Source: a virus
Lineage: Duplodnaviria > Heunggongvirae > Uroviricota > Caudoviricetes
Virus record (IMG/VR): IMGVR_UViG_3300009034_000003
Length of the DNA stretch: 29,666 bases
Direction: 5' to 3' (one strand)
The notes under the pieces were generated by a model. The model searched no databases. It was not told where the DNA came from and saw nothing but the letters and a program-made list of their open reading frames with translations. The translations under genes and the position numbers were made by a program. Shown here piece after piece: positions 1 through 8,765 of the stretch (the first letter of the stretch is position 1; each line of letters begins with the position of its first letter).

Positions 1-2
1 CT

Positions 3-716
3 GATGATTTTCCAAAGGCGCCTGTATGTTTAGGGACTCCGGATTGCCCTGGGTGTCAGCTTTCGGAGCAACTTCGTTCTGACGGGAATGAGATAGCTGC
101 GAACAGAGCTAGAGCTCAGCGTAGATTTGTCTGGGCTGCACTCTCGCGGGACAACCCCTATGATGACGACGGTGCGTTGCGCCTCAAGGTGATTGAGTGT
201 CCAACCACAGTTTTTCAAGGGATGGCACGCATAGCCGCAGAGTGGGCAATGGACTTTACTCATCCTGACGATGGTTATGACTTGGAGATCCTGCGGTCCA
301 AGAGCGGGAATATGACCAAGTACGAAGTTCGTGCTGCGACTTCGAGAGAAGGAGCTACACAGACTGTTATAAAGTCGCCATTGACTGATGAAGAGAAGGC
401 TTTAGTTAATGATGCGTTTCCTGAGCTCTCCGAGGTAACACGTATACCTGATGCAAGGAGATTCGCTGTGGCTCTAGGCTTCGCAGTAGAGGAGCCCGAA
501 GTAAGTCCAGGTCCTACACCTACTACCACTACACCGACGCCTGTTCCGAGCGCTGCTGAGGCAAGTCCGGTGGAGGCCAATTGCCCCTATTTCAATGATG
601 GAGGGTACGATCAGAACGATGATGCGTGCAGGGGGTGTAGTTCGGCAGAGGCGTGTATGAAAAACAAGCAGCAGAAAGAGGCGCCGAGTAGAGTTCCCCA
701 AAGGAGGCCGACGTAG
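3..716 (+). CDS. ssDNA-binding protein, T4 gp32-like (5'-truncated by window)
   Basis: Frame is open from base 3 (DDFPKAPVCLGTPDCPGCQLSEQL...RRFVWAAL...KVIECPTTVF...DFTHPDDGYDLEILR...TKYEV). This resembles phage gp32-like SSBs, with a Pro/Thr-rich tail; recognised by eye only. Confidence 0.6.
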   Translation, partial: DDFPKAPVCLGTPDCPGCQLSEQLRSDGNEIAANRARAQRRFVWAALSRDNPYDDDGALRLKVIECPTTVFQGMARIAAEWAMDFTHPDDGYDLEILRSKSGNMTKYEVRAATSREGATQTVIKSPLTDEEKALVNDAFPELSEVTRIPDARRFAVALGFAVEEPEVSPGPTPTTTTPTPVPSAAEASPVEANCPYFNDGGYDQNDDACRGCSSAEACMKNKQQKEAPSRVPQRRPT

Positions 717-719
717 TCA

Positions 720-1289
720 TTGAGTCGTAGACCCCGAAGTGTGATTCTCCCCGGCTTTCGCTGGTTTGTTTTACGTGTTGAAGGGTCTTACGAGAAGCGC
801 GCAGCGCTAATGCTGGAGACGTTAGGGCGTTCTGGTAAGGTTCCGGATTTTGATCTGGTCAGACGTATATGGGTTCCTCAGATGTCTGTACAGTTCTTCA
901 CACCCGACGGTTCTTCTGCGAGCCGCCGGGTGTCTATTTTGCCTGGTTATTTGTTGTTAAAGGCGATCCTGTCGTATGAGTTATACACTGCGTTGTGCCG
1001 ACCCAGTTTGCCCCACGTGTTCGGGTGGCTAAAATATGGAGAGAGCTGGCCGTCAGAGGTTCCTCGTTCAGATATAAGGGTGCTGATACGCCTGGAGGCA
1101 CGGGAGAGGAGGTTTCAACCTCTCTTTAGCGTAGGCGAAGATGTTCGTCTTACGGGTTTAGGATTAAAGGGAGTAGTGCACGAGGTTACGGCGACACATA
1201 TGTTTGTAGAGATTTCTTTCTTCAAGCGTAAGACTCTTATCGAAGTACCTCGAGAGCGTTTTACGGAGGTAGTACGCATAAGAACGTAA
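720..1289 (+). CDS. nusG: NusG-family transcription antitermination factor (NGN+KOW)
   Basis: WFVLRVEGSYEK...IWVP...PGYLLL...VFGWL...FSVGEDVRL...GVVHEV...VEISFFKR. A divergent paralogue rather than core NusG. Confidence 0.8.
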   Translation: MSRRPRSVILPGFRWFVLRVEGSYEKRAALMLETLGRSGKVPDFDLVRRIWVPQMSVQFFTPDGSSASRRVSILPGYLLLKAILSYELYTALCRPSLPHVFGWLKYGESWPSEVPRSDIRVLIRLEARERRFQPLFSVGEDVRLTGLGLKGVVHEVTATHMFVEISFFKRKTLIEVPRERFTEVVRIRT

Positions 1290-1405
1290 ATAACATTTGT
1301 ATTTGCGCTTTGCCCAGTAGGACATCTCCTTTGGTTATACTTTCCCCGCTTTCGATTCCGTTGCATCGGTAAAATGCGATTCCAGTTATTCCGGGAGGTA
1401 GTTGT

Positions 1406-2470
1406 ATGTTTGATCAGGTAGTTACGAGTAGGGCACCTGTGCGGATAGATTTTTTTGGCGGTTGGACTGACTTGCCTTTGTTTACAGAGTTAGTTGCAGG
1501 ACTGGTAATTAACGCTGGGATAACATTATATACCTATGCCACTGTTAATCCCGCACCCGGAGACCCAGTCTCGGTATGCGAATATGGATATTCTACGTCG
1601 AGAGTTTTTCCTAAAGCTGGTATCTATATGTACAGCGAGGATCTCGATATCTGGACAAAAGCGAGGTATATTAGCGAAGTGGAGTACGATGGTACTTTGG
1701 ACCTTGTTAAAGCTGCATGTAGGAAGTTAGGTATTAAGACCATGCCGGGATTGGAGATCAGGACAAGGTCAGAAGCTCCACCAGGAAGCGGTCTCGGTAC
1801 TTCTGCCTCTCTGGGGGTTGCTGTTACAGGAGCTCTTGCGAAGTACATAGGGAAAAATCTCCTTCCATTTGAAGTAGCGGATCTAGCCTATCGCCTGGAG
1901 GCCGAGGAGCTTGAGTTATTGACTGGGACCCAGGATCAGTACGCAGCGACTTATGGTGGTGTATCGATGTGGCAGTGCAAAGGAGAAGAAATGTCGTACT
2001 TTCCAATTCGGATGTCCAGAGAAGTGGAGCTCGATTTGGAGAAAAGGTGTGTCTTGGTGTATACGGGGCAGTCACGCCTTTCTTCAGATGTTCATAGACA
2101 TGTACGCAAAGCGTTTACTGAGAAAACCAACCACGAGGCTATTAAAGGGTTGGTTGAGATTACTAAGCAAGCTGCTGACCTGTTATACAAGGGTGATCTG
2201 AATGGTTTTGGTGCTCTTTTAACTAGGAATTGGGAGCTTCAAAAGCAATTGCACTCAAGTGTGACAAATTCAGATATAGATCGTTATTTTGATATAGCAC
2301 TTGAGAAAGGTGCCTTAGGGGGAAAGGCATGTGGTGCTGGAGGCGGGGGCTGCCTCTTGTTTCTTGCGGAAAAGGGTAAAGATTATATGCTAAGGCGTGC
2401 TTTGAAGGAAGAGGGATTGGAGATATTGAACTTCCACATCGATCATTCGGGCCTATCTGTATGGGTGTAA
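1406..2470 (+). CDS. hddA: GHMP-family sugar kinase, HddA-like (heptose-7-phosphate kinase)
   Basis: RAPVRIDFFGGWTD, PPGSGLGTSAS, GKACGAGGGGC motifs; GGAGG RBS. Confidence 0.8.
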   Translation: MFDQVVTSRAPVRIDFFGGWTDLPLFTELVAGLVINAGITLYTYATVNPAPGDPVSVCEYGYSTSRVFPKAGIYMYSEDLDIWTKARYISEVEYDGTLDLVKAACRKLGIKTMPGLEIRTRSEAPPGSGLGTSASLGVAVTGALAKYIGKNLLPFEVADLAYRLEAEELELLTGTQDQYAATYGGVSMWQCKGEEMSYFPIRMSREVELDLEKRCVLVYTGQSRLSSDVHRHVRKAFTEKTNHEAIKGLVEITKQAADLLYKGDLNGFGALLTRNWELQKQLHSSVTNSDIDRYFDIALEKGALGGKACGAGGGGCLLFLAEKGKDYMLRRALKEEGLEILNFHIDHSGLSVWV

Positions 2471-2482
2471 AAGGGCAGGATT

Positions 2483-2695
2483 ATGCGAGGCGAAATAGTT
2501 TTCTATATACCACAGGGAGAGAGTCATCGACTATTAAATGAACTGGACTTTCTGCTCAGACATACTTACGGTGATGTCAGGAAAAGTCGCCAACAGATAG
2601 CTGCACAGGTTCCTGGTGTGTTAGATCTTCTGGTACATCTGGCTCAGTTTATGCCTACCGCGATTGATTTAACTCCATATTTTCCCGAGAAGTAG
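2483..2695 (+). CDS. hypothetical protein
   Basis: 70-aa ORF with upstream RBS, co-oriented. Confidence 0.55.
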   Translation: MRGEIVFYIPQGESHRLLNELDFLLRHTYGDVRKSRQQIAAQVPGVLDLLVHLAQFMPTAIDLTPYFPEK

Positions 2696-2709
2696 ATTAT
2701 TATTGCTTT

Positions 2710-2738
2710 TTGACAGATTGTAGTAGGTGGCATATAAT
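2710..2738 (+). promoter_or_regulatory. sigma70-type promoter
   Basis: TTGACA (2710-2715), 17-bp spacer, TATAAT (2733-2738); perfect consensus. Confidence 0.85.
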
Positions 2739-2758
2739 AAAATGAGGAGCATTTTTTA

Positions 2759-3016
2759 ATGAGTGGAAGCACGAGAGAGCAAGATTTTACACCTCTTTTG
2801 CAAAAGCACTTGAATGCGTTACGGAGTTCGCCCGACTATCAGAGATTTCTTGGCGTAGTGGCCGAAGTGTGTAAACGGGGGCCATTGTTACCGGAACAAA
2901 GGTTGTCACGTGTAGCCGATACCGTGTTGCGGCCTATTGCCGCTGACCTTTCAAGTTGCGCCCCGGGCAATTGGCTGGTTATTTTTCACGTAGCGGCTAT
3001 AAATGAGCAAAGCTAG
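2759..3016 (+). CDS. hypothetical protein
   Basis: ORF after promoter, GAGGAG RBS. Confidence 0.6.
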   Translation: MSGSTREQDFTPLLQKHLNALRSSPDYQRFLGVVAEVCKRGPLLPEQRLSRVADTVLRPIAADLSSCAPGNWLVIFHVAAINEQS

Positions 3017-3018
3017 CG

Positions 3019-3294
3019 ATGGCGCAGGATCAGATTCCCGAGGTGCTAAATACTCCGTGTTGCTTGTGGCGTAGGGCATATGTTACGCATCGTGATCGAG
3101 AGATTCTTGTACGTGTAGGCAATACTGCTAGATCATTTTATCGCTGGCGCTGTACTGTTCGTGCTTTTCCTCCTGATTGGCACTTGTATGTTTCGGAGGA
3201 TGATCTCACGAAACAAGAGATCGAGGAGATGAAGCAGCAGCGGGGCCCAACTATTGAGCTTCTCAGGATACTTGGACAGATTACAGGGAGTTGA
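3019..3294 (+). CDS. hypothetical protein
   Basis: ORF tightly packed with neighbours. Confidence 0.6.
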   Translation: MAQDQIPEVLNTPCCLWRRAYVTHRDREILVRVGNTARSFYRWRCTVRAFPPDWHLYVSEDDLTKQEIEEMKQQRGPTIELLRILGQITGS

Positions 3295-3977
3295 CATTGA
3301 CCTCAGAGAAGATAGATCAGGTGAAAGGCTGGCTTGGCGAGGTAACTCGTTATATGGGGCGTACTTTTCATGTAGTTAAGGATACTGGGTGGGTAGCGGG
3401 TACTGAGGACTTCGAGTGGAGATTGAACGTTGATTTCTACACTGAAAGGCATAAATATCATATAACTGCTATTGATAGGAAGAATGCTAGAGGGTATTTG
3501 GGATGCATTGCATCTGTGCGTTTTCCACGGCCAGGCGAATGTTGGAGAAGAGGGAGTGATTTGCCTGACGGGGATCTTAACAGAGCAACGTGGGTTGCTA
3601 TTAAAAATTGTATTATAGCGTATGAGCTCGTAGACCCTGCACCTAAGGAAACTCCTGCGAATACAACCTTTGAAGTGCTCGCAAAGGCTTTGCAGGGAGC
3701 GTTGATAACTGCTAATATGACTAAGCGCGAAGGGCATTGGATGATGCCTGATTTTGTATTCAAAGTGCCCGAGGAGGTACCTAAGAGGATATCCCGTAGG
3801 GTTACGAGTCATCTTTATTCTGTAATGCAGGGTGTTCCAATAGAAATGCTTCCGGAACTACTTGTTTCTGAGGATTCGCGTGTAGCGGCAGCTGCTGCTA
3901 GGCGAAGCAGATATAGAAGGTATGGCGGTACTATTGAACGTCTTCGTTTATTGGTTACGAAGATACTTAACTGTTAA
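3291..3977 (+). CDS. hypothetical protein with C-terminal HEAT-like motif
   Basis: 228-aa ORF overlapping upstream stop; LPELLVSEDSRVAAAAARR motif. Confidence 0.65.
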   Translation: MTLTSEKIDQVKGWLGEVTRYMGRTFHVVKDTGWVAGTEDFEWRLNVDFYTERHKYHITAIDRKNARGYLGCIASVRFPRPGECWRRGSDLPDGDLNRATWVAIKNCIIAYELVDPAPKETPANTTFEVLAKALQGALITANMTKREGHWMMPDFVFKVPEEVPKRISRRVTSHLYSVMQGVPIEMLPELLVSEDSRVAAAAARRSRYRRYGGTIERLRLLVTKILNC

Positions 3978-4274
3978 TTCTCTGACTATGGACACTTATG
4001 GTGCCGCCATTCAAAGGACCGAGGCGAATAGACGTACAAACATAATTACATGTGGTATAAGGCACATAGGAAGGAGCTGCGCCTCGTGTATAAGTTCTTT
4101 TACGAAGGCGCAACTATATTTCTTGAGAGGAAGAAGCGGAAGTTTGAATTAGCTACTAGATAGTTACGGGCGGACATCGGTAGATTATGATGAGCTCGTG
4201 AAGGCCGTTCCGTGAGCAGTTATAAGCGAAATCGGAATTATGTCCGCCCGTTTCTAACCTAGGAGATCTCGTGG

Positions 4275-4616
4275 ATGAGAATTACGCCCGAATTCGATGA
4301 GAGAGAAGCTGACGCGATTATTACTTCGGTATGGTTCAATATGAACATTGATTACAAGCAATTCGGCTTGTTAGATACAAAAAACCGCGCTGAGGATATT
4401 GAGCGGTTTGCAAGTGTACAAGGTGTCCGGTATTCAATTTTGTCCAAGGTTATCGAAGCTGCTCGCGGGTGTTCAAACTACGAGGAGTATGAAAAGATTC
4501 TTGCTCGTGCCAGAGACATTATGGTAGTGGCAAGGGGGGTACAACATGGACAGGGAGGAACAAAAACAGAAATATCAGGAGATAGCGGAGACGATTCGAG
4601 CGGCTCGGAAAGATAG
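4275..4616 (+). CDS. hypothetical protein
   Basis: AGGAG RBS at 4261; overlaps recA start. Confidence 0.6.
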   Translation: MRITPEFDEREADAIITSVWFNMNIDYKQFGLLDTKNRAEDIERFASVQGVRYSILSKVIEAARGCSNYEEYEKILARARDIMVVARGVQHGQGGTKTEISGDSGDDSSGSER

Positions 4617-5568
4617 AAGTATTGTAATGCTACTCGATGAAAAAGAACTCGAGCCAGTCGAGGTCATTTCTTCCGGGTCGGTCCTGCTTGATCAGGCGTT
4701 AGGCGTCGGCGGCATCCCCAGGGGAAGGATCATAGAGCTGTTTGGAGAAGAGGGTGCGGGCAAGAGTTCTATAGCCTTGAGCACTGTTGCTCAGGCACAG
4801 AAAAGGGGTATTGTATGCGCGTATATTGATGCCGAGAGTGCTCTCGATTTGAGATTTGCGACGGCATTGGATGTGGACACAGAGCTATTGTTAATCAGCC
4901 AAGAAAACTGTACGGAGGATGTTCTGAACCTGATTGCGGGTAGCGAAACGGGTCGCGAAAAAGAACCCGGTCTCATGGACGTTGGAGTCCAGTTGATCGT
5001 AGTAGATTCCGTTGCTGGGTTGGCTCCGAGAGCGGAACTTGAGGGCGCTTTTGGTGAGTGGCAGGTAGGGCTGCAAGCTCGTTTGATGGGTCAGGCGATG
5101 CGCGGCATGGCAAAGCGGGCACGAGCTACTAATACCTGCCTTATTTTTATCAACCAGATTCGAGAGAAGATCGGCGTCAGGTTTGGTAATCCCGAAACAA
5201 CTCCTGGAGGCCGTGCTCTGAAGTTTTATGCGACAATACGTCTTGATGTCAGGGGAAGAGGCCAAATAAAGTTAGGAACCGAGCCAGTAGGCATTAGGAT
5301 AAGTGCCTATGTCGCAAAAAATAAAGTGTCCCCTCCTTTCAAAAGGGTGCAGCTTGACTTCTTTTTTGACAAGGGATTTGATAATGAGCTTGCGTGTTTC
5401 GATATAGCAGCAGAGTGTGGTGTGATAGTCAGAAAAGGTAAGAGTGGGTATTACACATGGGCGGGGGAACCAGAGGTTTCTAAGCTTCGAAAGGACTGGG
5501 CTGATTATTTTAGAGAGAACGTTGATAAGCTGAAACAGCTTTTAGATGAGGTGAATGCATGTGACTAA
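4546..5568 (+). CDS. recA: RecA/UvsX-family recombinase
   Basis: SSGSVLLDQALGVGGIPRGRIIELFGEEGAGKS (Walker A), LIVVDSVAGL, GLQARLMGQAMR, FINQIREKIGV, PETTPGGRALKFYA. Confidence 0.97.
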   Translation: MDREEQKQKYQEIAETIRAARKDRSIVMLLDEKELEPVEVISSGSVLLDQALGVGGIPRGRIIELFGEEGAGKSSIALSTVAQAQKRGIVCAYIDAESALDLRFATALDVDTELLLISQENCTEDVLNLIAGSETGREKEPGLMDVGVQLIVVDSVAGLAPRAELEGAFGEWQVGLQARLMGQAMRGMAKRARATNTCLIFINQIREKIGVRFGNPETTPGGRALKFYATIRLDVRGRGQIKLGTEPVGIRISAYVAKNKVSPPFKRVQLDFFFDKGFDNELACFDIAAECGVIVRKGKSGYYTWAGEPEVSKLRKDWADYFRENVDKLKQLLDEVNACD

Positions 5569-5851
5569 GCTCAGTTTTATGGAGGTGAAGCGATACGACG
5601 AAGACCACGATACAAATTTTCTAAGCGAACTCGAAGCAGTGTGTCGCAAGTACGCTATCCCGGGCCAAGGCCCTGGTGTTTGGGCCCAGCTCAAGACAGA
5701 TTGGGTTAATCGTGGTATGGATTATGCCCTTAATCAGACATTGCGTTATGACGGGTATGGGTACTCTAGCGGCAGGGTATACAGAGATTTGGGGATAGTG
5801 CTATGGAAGATACTTGTCGCGATGGGTATTGAAACAAGTAGGAAAACATAA
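5555..5851 (+). CDS. hypothetical protein
   Basis: Co-oriented ORF overlapping recA end. Confidence 0.55.
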   Translation: MHVTKLSFMEVKRYDEDHDTNFLSELEAVCRKYAIPGQGPGVWAQLKTDWVNRGMDYALNQTLRYDGYGYSSGRVYRDLGIVLWKILVAMGIETSRKT

Positions 5852-5862
5852 GGAGGGACGAC

Positions 5863-6486
5863 ATGGAAACTTTACCACACGCTGTATACTCTCTGTTAAA
5901 GAGAGTTTTTAGGCGATACTGGGTAAGGACTTTCGTGTTCGGCGGTGTATTTTCTTGTATTACTTTTTCACTTATGGGGCTAACTGGTTTATTTACCTAC
6001 ATGCGCGTAAGCGATGACTACGAGATCAAGATGAGAGGAACAGAGGCCCAGCTTCTCTTGGATGTACATAACTACGCAGCGCAAGTTGCTGGGCTTAAAG
6101 GGGAGATTCACGGATATAGAGAAGTGATTAACGCGCTTGCTAGGCCAGGTAAACGGGTTCCTCTGGGCCGTTTTCGCGTGACTGCATACGACCCAGATGA
6201 AAGCTGCAAGCCTTACAATGACAGTTTGACATCGACTGGTCTCAAAATTGTAGATGATAACGGGGAGGTTATGAGAGGAGTTGTCGCTGTCGATCCCAGA
6301 AAGATACCATATGGATCGACTATATATCTTCGGCAACTTAATTTACTAGCTTACGCAGCAGATACAGGTGCTGCTATGCGGAAGCGTGATGGAAAGAATG
6401 TCGATATACTTGTACCTACTGTTGATGAAGCGATGAAATTTGGTGTGAAATATGTGGATGTTGATCTAATAGACGTGAGTAATTGA
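5863..6486 (+). CDS. 3D-domain (MltA-like) cell-wall lytic protein with N-terminal membrane anchor
   Basis: VTAY...TSTG...VVAVDPRKIPYGS...AADTGAA...VDIL (three-Asp 3D signature); hydrophobic N-terminus; AGGAGG RBS. Confidence 0.85.
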   Translation: METLPHAVYSLLKRVFRRYWVRTFVFGGVFSCITFSLMGLTGLFTYMRVSDDYEIKMRGTEAQLLLDVHNYAAQVAGLKGEIHGYREVINALARPGKRVPLGRFRVTAYDPDESCKPYNDSLTSTGLKIVDDNGEVMRGVVAVDPRKIPYGSTIYLRQLNLLAYAADTGAAMRKRDGKNVDILVPTVDEAMKFGVKYVDVDLIDVSN

Positions 6487-6487
6487 T

Positions 6488-6691
6488 ATGGCAACAAAAT
6501 CAATTAAGGAAGCTTTTGCAGCCGCAATAGAGGAAGTTGCCAGGGAGGATGCGGAGAGGGTGGGATTTGATATTGCTAACGAACCTCATGGATTGGCTAG
6601 AGCGATTATGGCGGTGCTAGCGAGTCAGAAGCTAAGAGCTAAGGCTGTTAAACGGGCCAAAGAGATGGCTGGAGGCGGAGAGGATGTATGA
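6488..6691 (+). CDS. hypothetical protein
   Basis: Short co-oriented ORF. Confidence 0.55.
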   Translation: MATKSIKEAFAAAIEEVAREDAERVGFDIANEPHGLARAIMAVLASQKLRAKAVKRAKEMAGGGEDV

Positions 6692-7280
6692 AGTAGCTAT
6701 TGAGGTTAAGTTCGATGCTGCTCATAGGTTATTGGGCTATGAGGGAAAATGTAAGTTCCTGCACGGCCATTCCTATGTTGCCATTGTCTGTTTATCTAGG
6801 CGAGAGCTAGAGGGCCCCGGATTCGTGATCGATTTTGGCTTTATTAAGAAGCATGTGAAGGGATGGATCGACAAATTTTGGGATCATGCTGTTATCCTGA
6901 ATAAAGAGGATAAACTCGTTACATTCTTGTCCGAACTTAGGCCGGACGAGATATCTGATGTTCTTGAGTCAGTTGGCGGGATAAATCAACAGGAGATAAC
7001 GAGAAGGAGGTTTCTCTGCGATCGTCTGGAAGAGTCACGGGTATTTGTGATGTATAACGATCCAACGGCGGAACGCATGGCTGAACTGCTTTTTAACGTT
7101 GTAAGCACTGCTTGTCCTGACAAGATTCCCCAGGTGATCGGGATTGCGAATGCTGGAGGATTTCCGCTCGAGGCAAGTTTTGGAGAAATTGAGAATCCTA
7201 TTACGGTGGAGTATGTAACAATAAAAGAAACGGCGACATCGTGGGCTACATATAGGCCAGGTGAAGAAGATGCTTCCTAG
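6684..7280 (+). CDS. queD: 6-carboxytetrahydropterin synthase QueD
   Basis: FDAAHRL...CKFLHGHSY, IDFG, DHAVILN, PTAERMA, IKET motifs. Confidence 0.92.
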   Translation: MYEVAIEVKFDAAHRLLGYEGKCKFLHGHSYVAIVCLSRRELEGPGFVIDFGFIKKHVKGWIDKFWDHAVILNKEDKLVTFLSELRPDEISDVLESVGGINQQEITRRRFLCDRLEESRVFVMYNDPTAERMAELLFNVVSTACPDKIPQVIGIANAGGFPLEASFGEIENPITVEYVTIKETATSWATYRPGEEDAS

Positions 7281-8064
7281 AAATCAGTGTCCTTGGGCTT
7301 TAACCTACGCAGATGGTTCCTACGAGTGTATAATGGATCTTGGAAGGCCCAAAGGGTGCGAGGGTGACCGCGAGAAGTGTTCCTTTGGAGACTTTTCCGC
7401 CTATGATCCTAACTTGGAGATGCACATATCTGAAATTTATCCAGCCATTTCAGGTGAGGGAGCAACAGCTGGTACAGTATGTACGATTGTCCGCACTGTT
7501 GGTTGTAATTTGAGATGCTTGTGGTGCGATACGAAGTATGCCTACGAGGGCGGTGATATTGTCTCTACACAGGATATACTGGATGTGGTTATCAAGTTTG
7601 GACTCAATTCAGTGCTTTTTACGGGTGGAGAGCCTCTATTGAACGAGCAGATTGCATCGAATTTCCTGAGGGCGCTGCTCGAGAATGAAATAATTGCGTT
7701 TGTAGAGACTAATGGATCGGTTGATATACGTCCATTTGTACCTTTAGCGCATATAGTACTGGATATTAAGTGTCCTAGTTCCGGGATGAGTGACAAGATG
7801 TTTTGGGATAATGTTCAGTACATCGGCTTTGATGACGAAATCAAGTTCGTTGTGTCTAGTAGGGAAGATTACGAGTACGCTAAGGGTAGGATAGAGGAAC
7901 ACCAATTAACCAAGAGGACTCAGAATATCTTTATGTCTCCGGCATGGGGTGACAAATCGTTTTTTCAGGAGCTATCTAGCTGGATGGTCGTGGATAGATC
8001 CCCAGCGAAATTGTCGATACAGCAACACAAGGTTATCTGGGGCCCGAAGGAAAGAGGTGTATAG
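7270..8064 (+). CDS. queE: 7-carboxy-7-deazaguanine synthase QueE (radical SAM) with Cys-rich N-terminal extension
   Basis: EIYPAISGEG, GCNLRCLWCDT (CxxxCxxC), FTGGEPLL, VETNGS, DIKCPSSG, QQHKVIW. Start uncertain (7261 or 7270). Confidence 0.92.
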   Translation: MLPRNQCPWALTYADGSYECIMDLGRPKGCEGDREKCSFGDFSAYDPNLEMHISEIYPAISGEGATAGTVCTIVRTVGCNLRCLWCDTKYAYEGGDIVSTQDILDVVIKFGLNSVLFTGGEPLLNEQIASNFLRALLENEIIAFVETNGSVDIRPFVPLAHIVLDIKCPSSGMSDKMFWDNVQYIGFDDEIKFVVSSREDYEYAKGRIEEHQLTKRTQNIFMSPAWGDKSFFQELSSWMVVDRSPAKLSIQQHKVIWGPKERGV

Positions 8065-8291
8065 TGTTAGACTACAAGTTAATAGACGTAAAGTTGGTAG
8101 AGGCAGCAGTAGAGGCGATCAGGTCTGGCACCGTTTCCATTATCGGAGAACGATTTGTAGTTGCTGTTGGGGCAGACCTTGCTACTTTGTCGGAAGAGCT
8201 TCGTTTGAGAATTGTTGGTGGTGACATAGTGATGGATTCGCCTGAAGCGGCTGAGGTCAAAAAGGCAATAGGTGTACAGGATGAGGGATGA
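8064..8291 (+). CDS. hypothetical protein
   Basis: Co-oriented ORF. Confidence 0.55.
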   Translation: MLDYKLIDVKLVEAAVEAIRSGTVSIIGERFVVAVGADLATLSEELRLRIVGGDIVMDSPEAAEVKKAIGVQDEG

Positions 8292-8763
8292 GTTTAGACA
8301 GGTTAAGGTTAGCCTTGCTGATGTCCACATTGGTATGCTTGATCGGATGGCTGAGTTTCGTGGGGCGATGACCCGGAGTGAACTTGTTAGAGGGCTAATC
8401 CTCGATGCATTTGGAGCGTTAGGGCGAAGTGTTCCGATGAATCCAAGGCGTAAGGCTGTAAGTATTCCGGTGAGGACTCGTGCTGGCGAGTTTTTAGCGG
8501 TTCTTGATACCGGTTCCGATCATACTCTTGTTCCCGAAAAGTTTGCGGAGGGTTTCACATTTACAAGGACGAAGTCGATATGGACTTTCAATACCATGAT
8601 GCAACAGCGTCTTTATAAGGGCGAGCTTGAGGTGATGGGAAAGAAGATTCAAATCGAGAATGTGCTGCTGGCGAGTGGCGATATAGGCATATTAGGGCTG
8701 GATGTGATGGAACATCTTGAGGTTCTTATCAAAAGGGGCAAAGCGACAATTAAGCTGATCTAA
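8281..8763 (+). CDS. ribbon-helix-helix domain fused to retropepsin-like aspartyl protease
   Basis: N-terminus QVKVSL...LDRMA...TRSELVRGLI (RHH pattern); C-terminus VLDTGSDHTLV...ILGLDVM (clan AA protease motifs). Confidence 0.7.
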   Translation: MRDEFRQVKVSLADVHIGMLDRMAEFRGAMTRSELVRGLILDAFGALGRSVPMNPRRKAVSIPVRTRAGEFLAVLDTGSDHTLVPEKFAEGFTFTRTKSIWTFNTMMQQRLYKGELEVMGKKIQIENVLLASGDIGILGLDVMEHLEVLIKRGKATIKLI

Positions 8764-8765
8764 TT

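Noticed and set aside
4187-4245. Hammerhead ribozyme (TGATGAG...CGAAA)
   Set aside because: Position 3 is A, so there is no C3-G8 pair, and stems I and III cannot be formed adjacent to the core.
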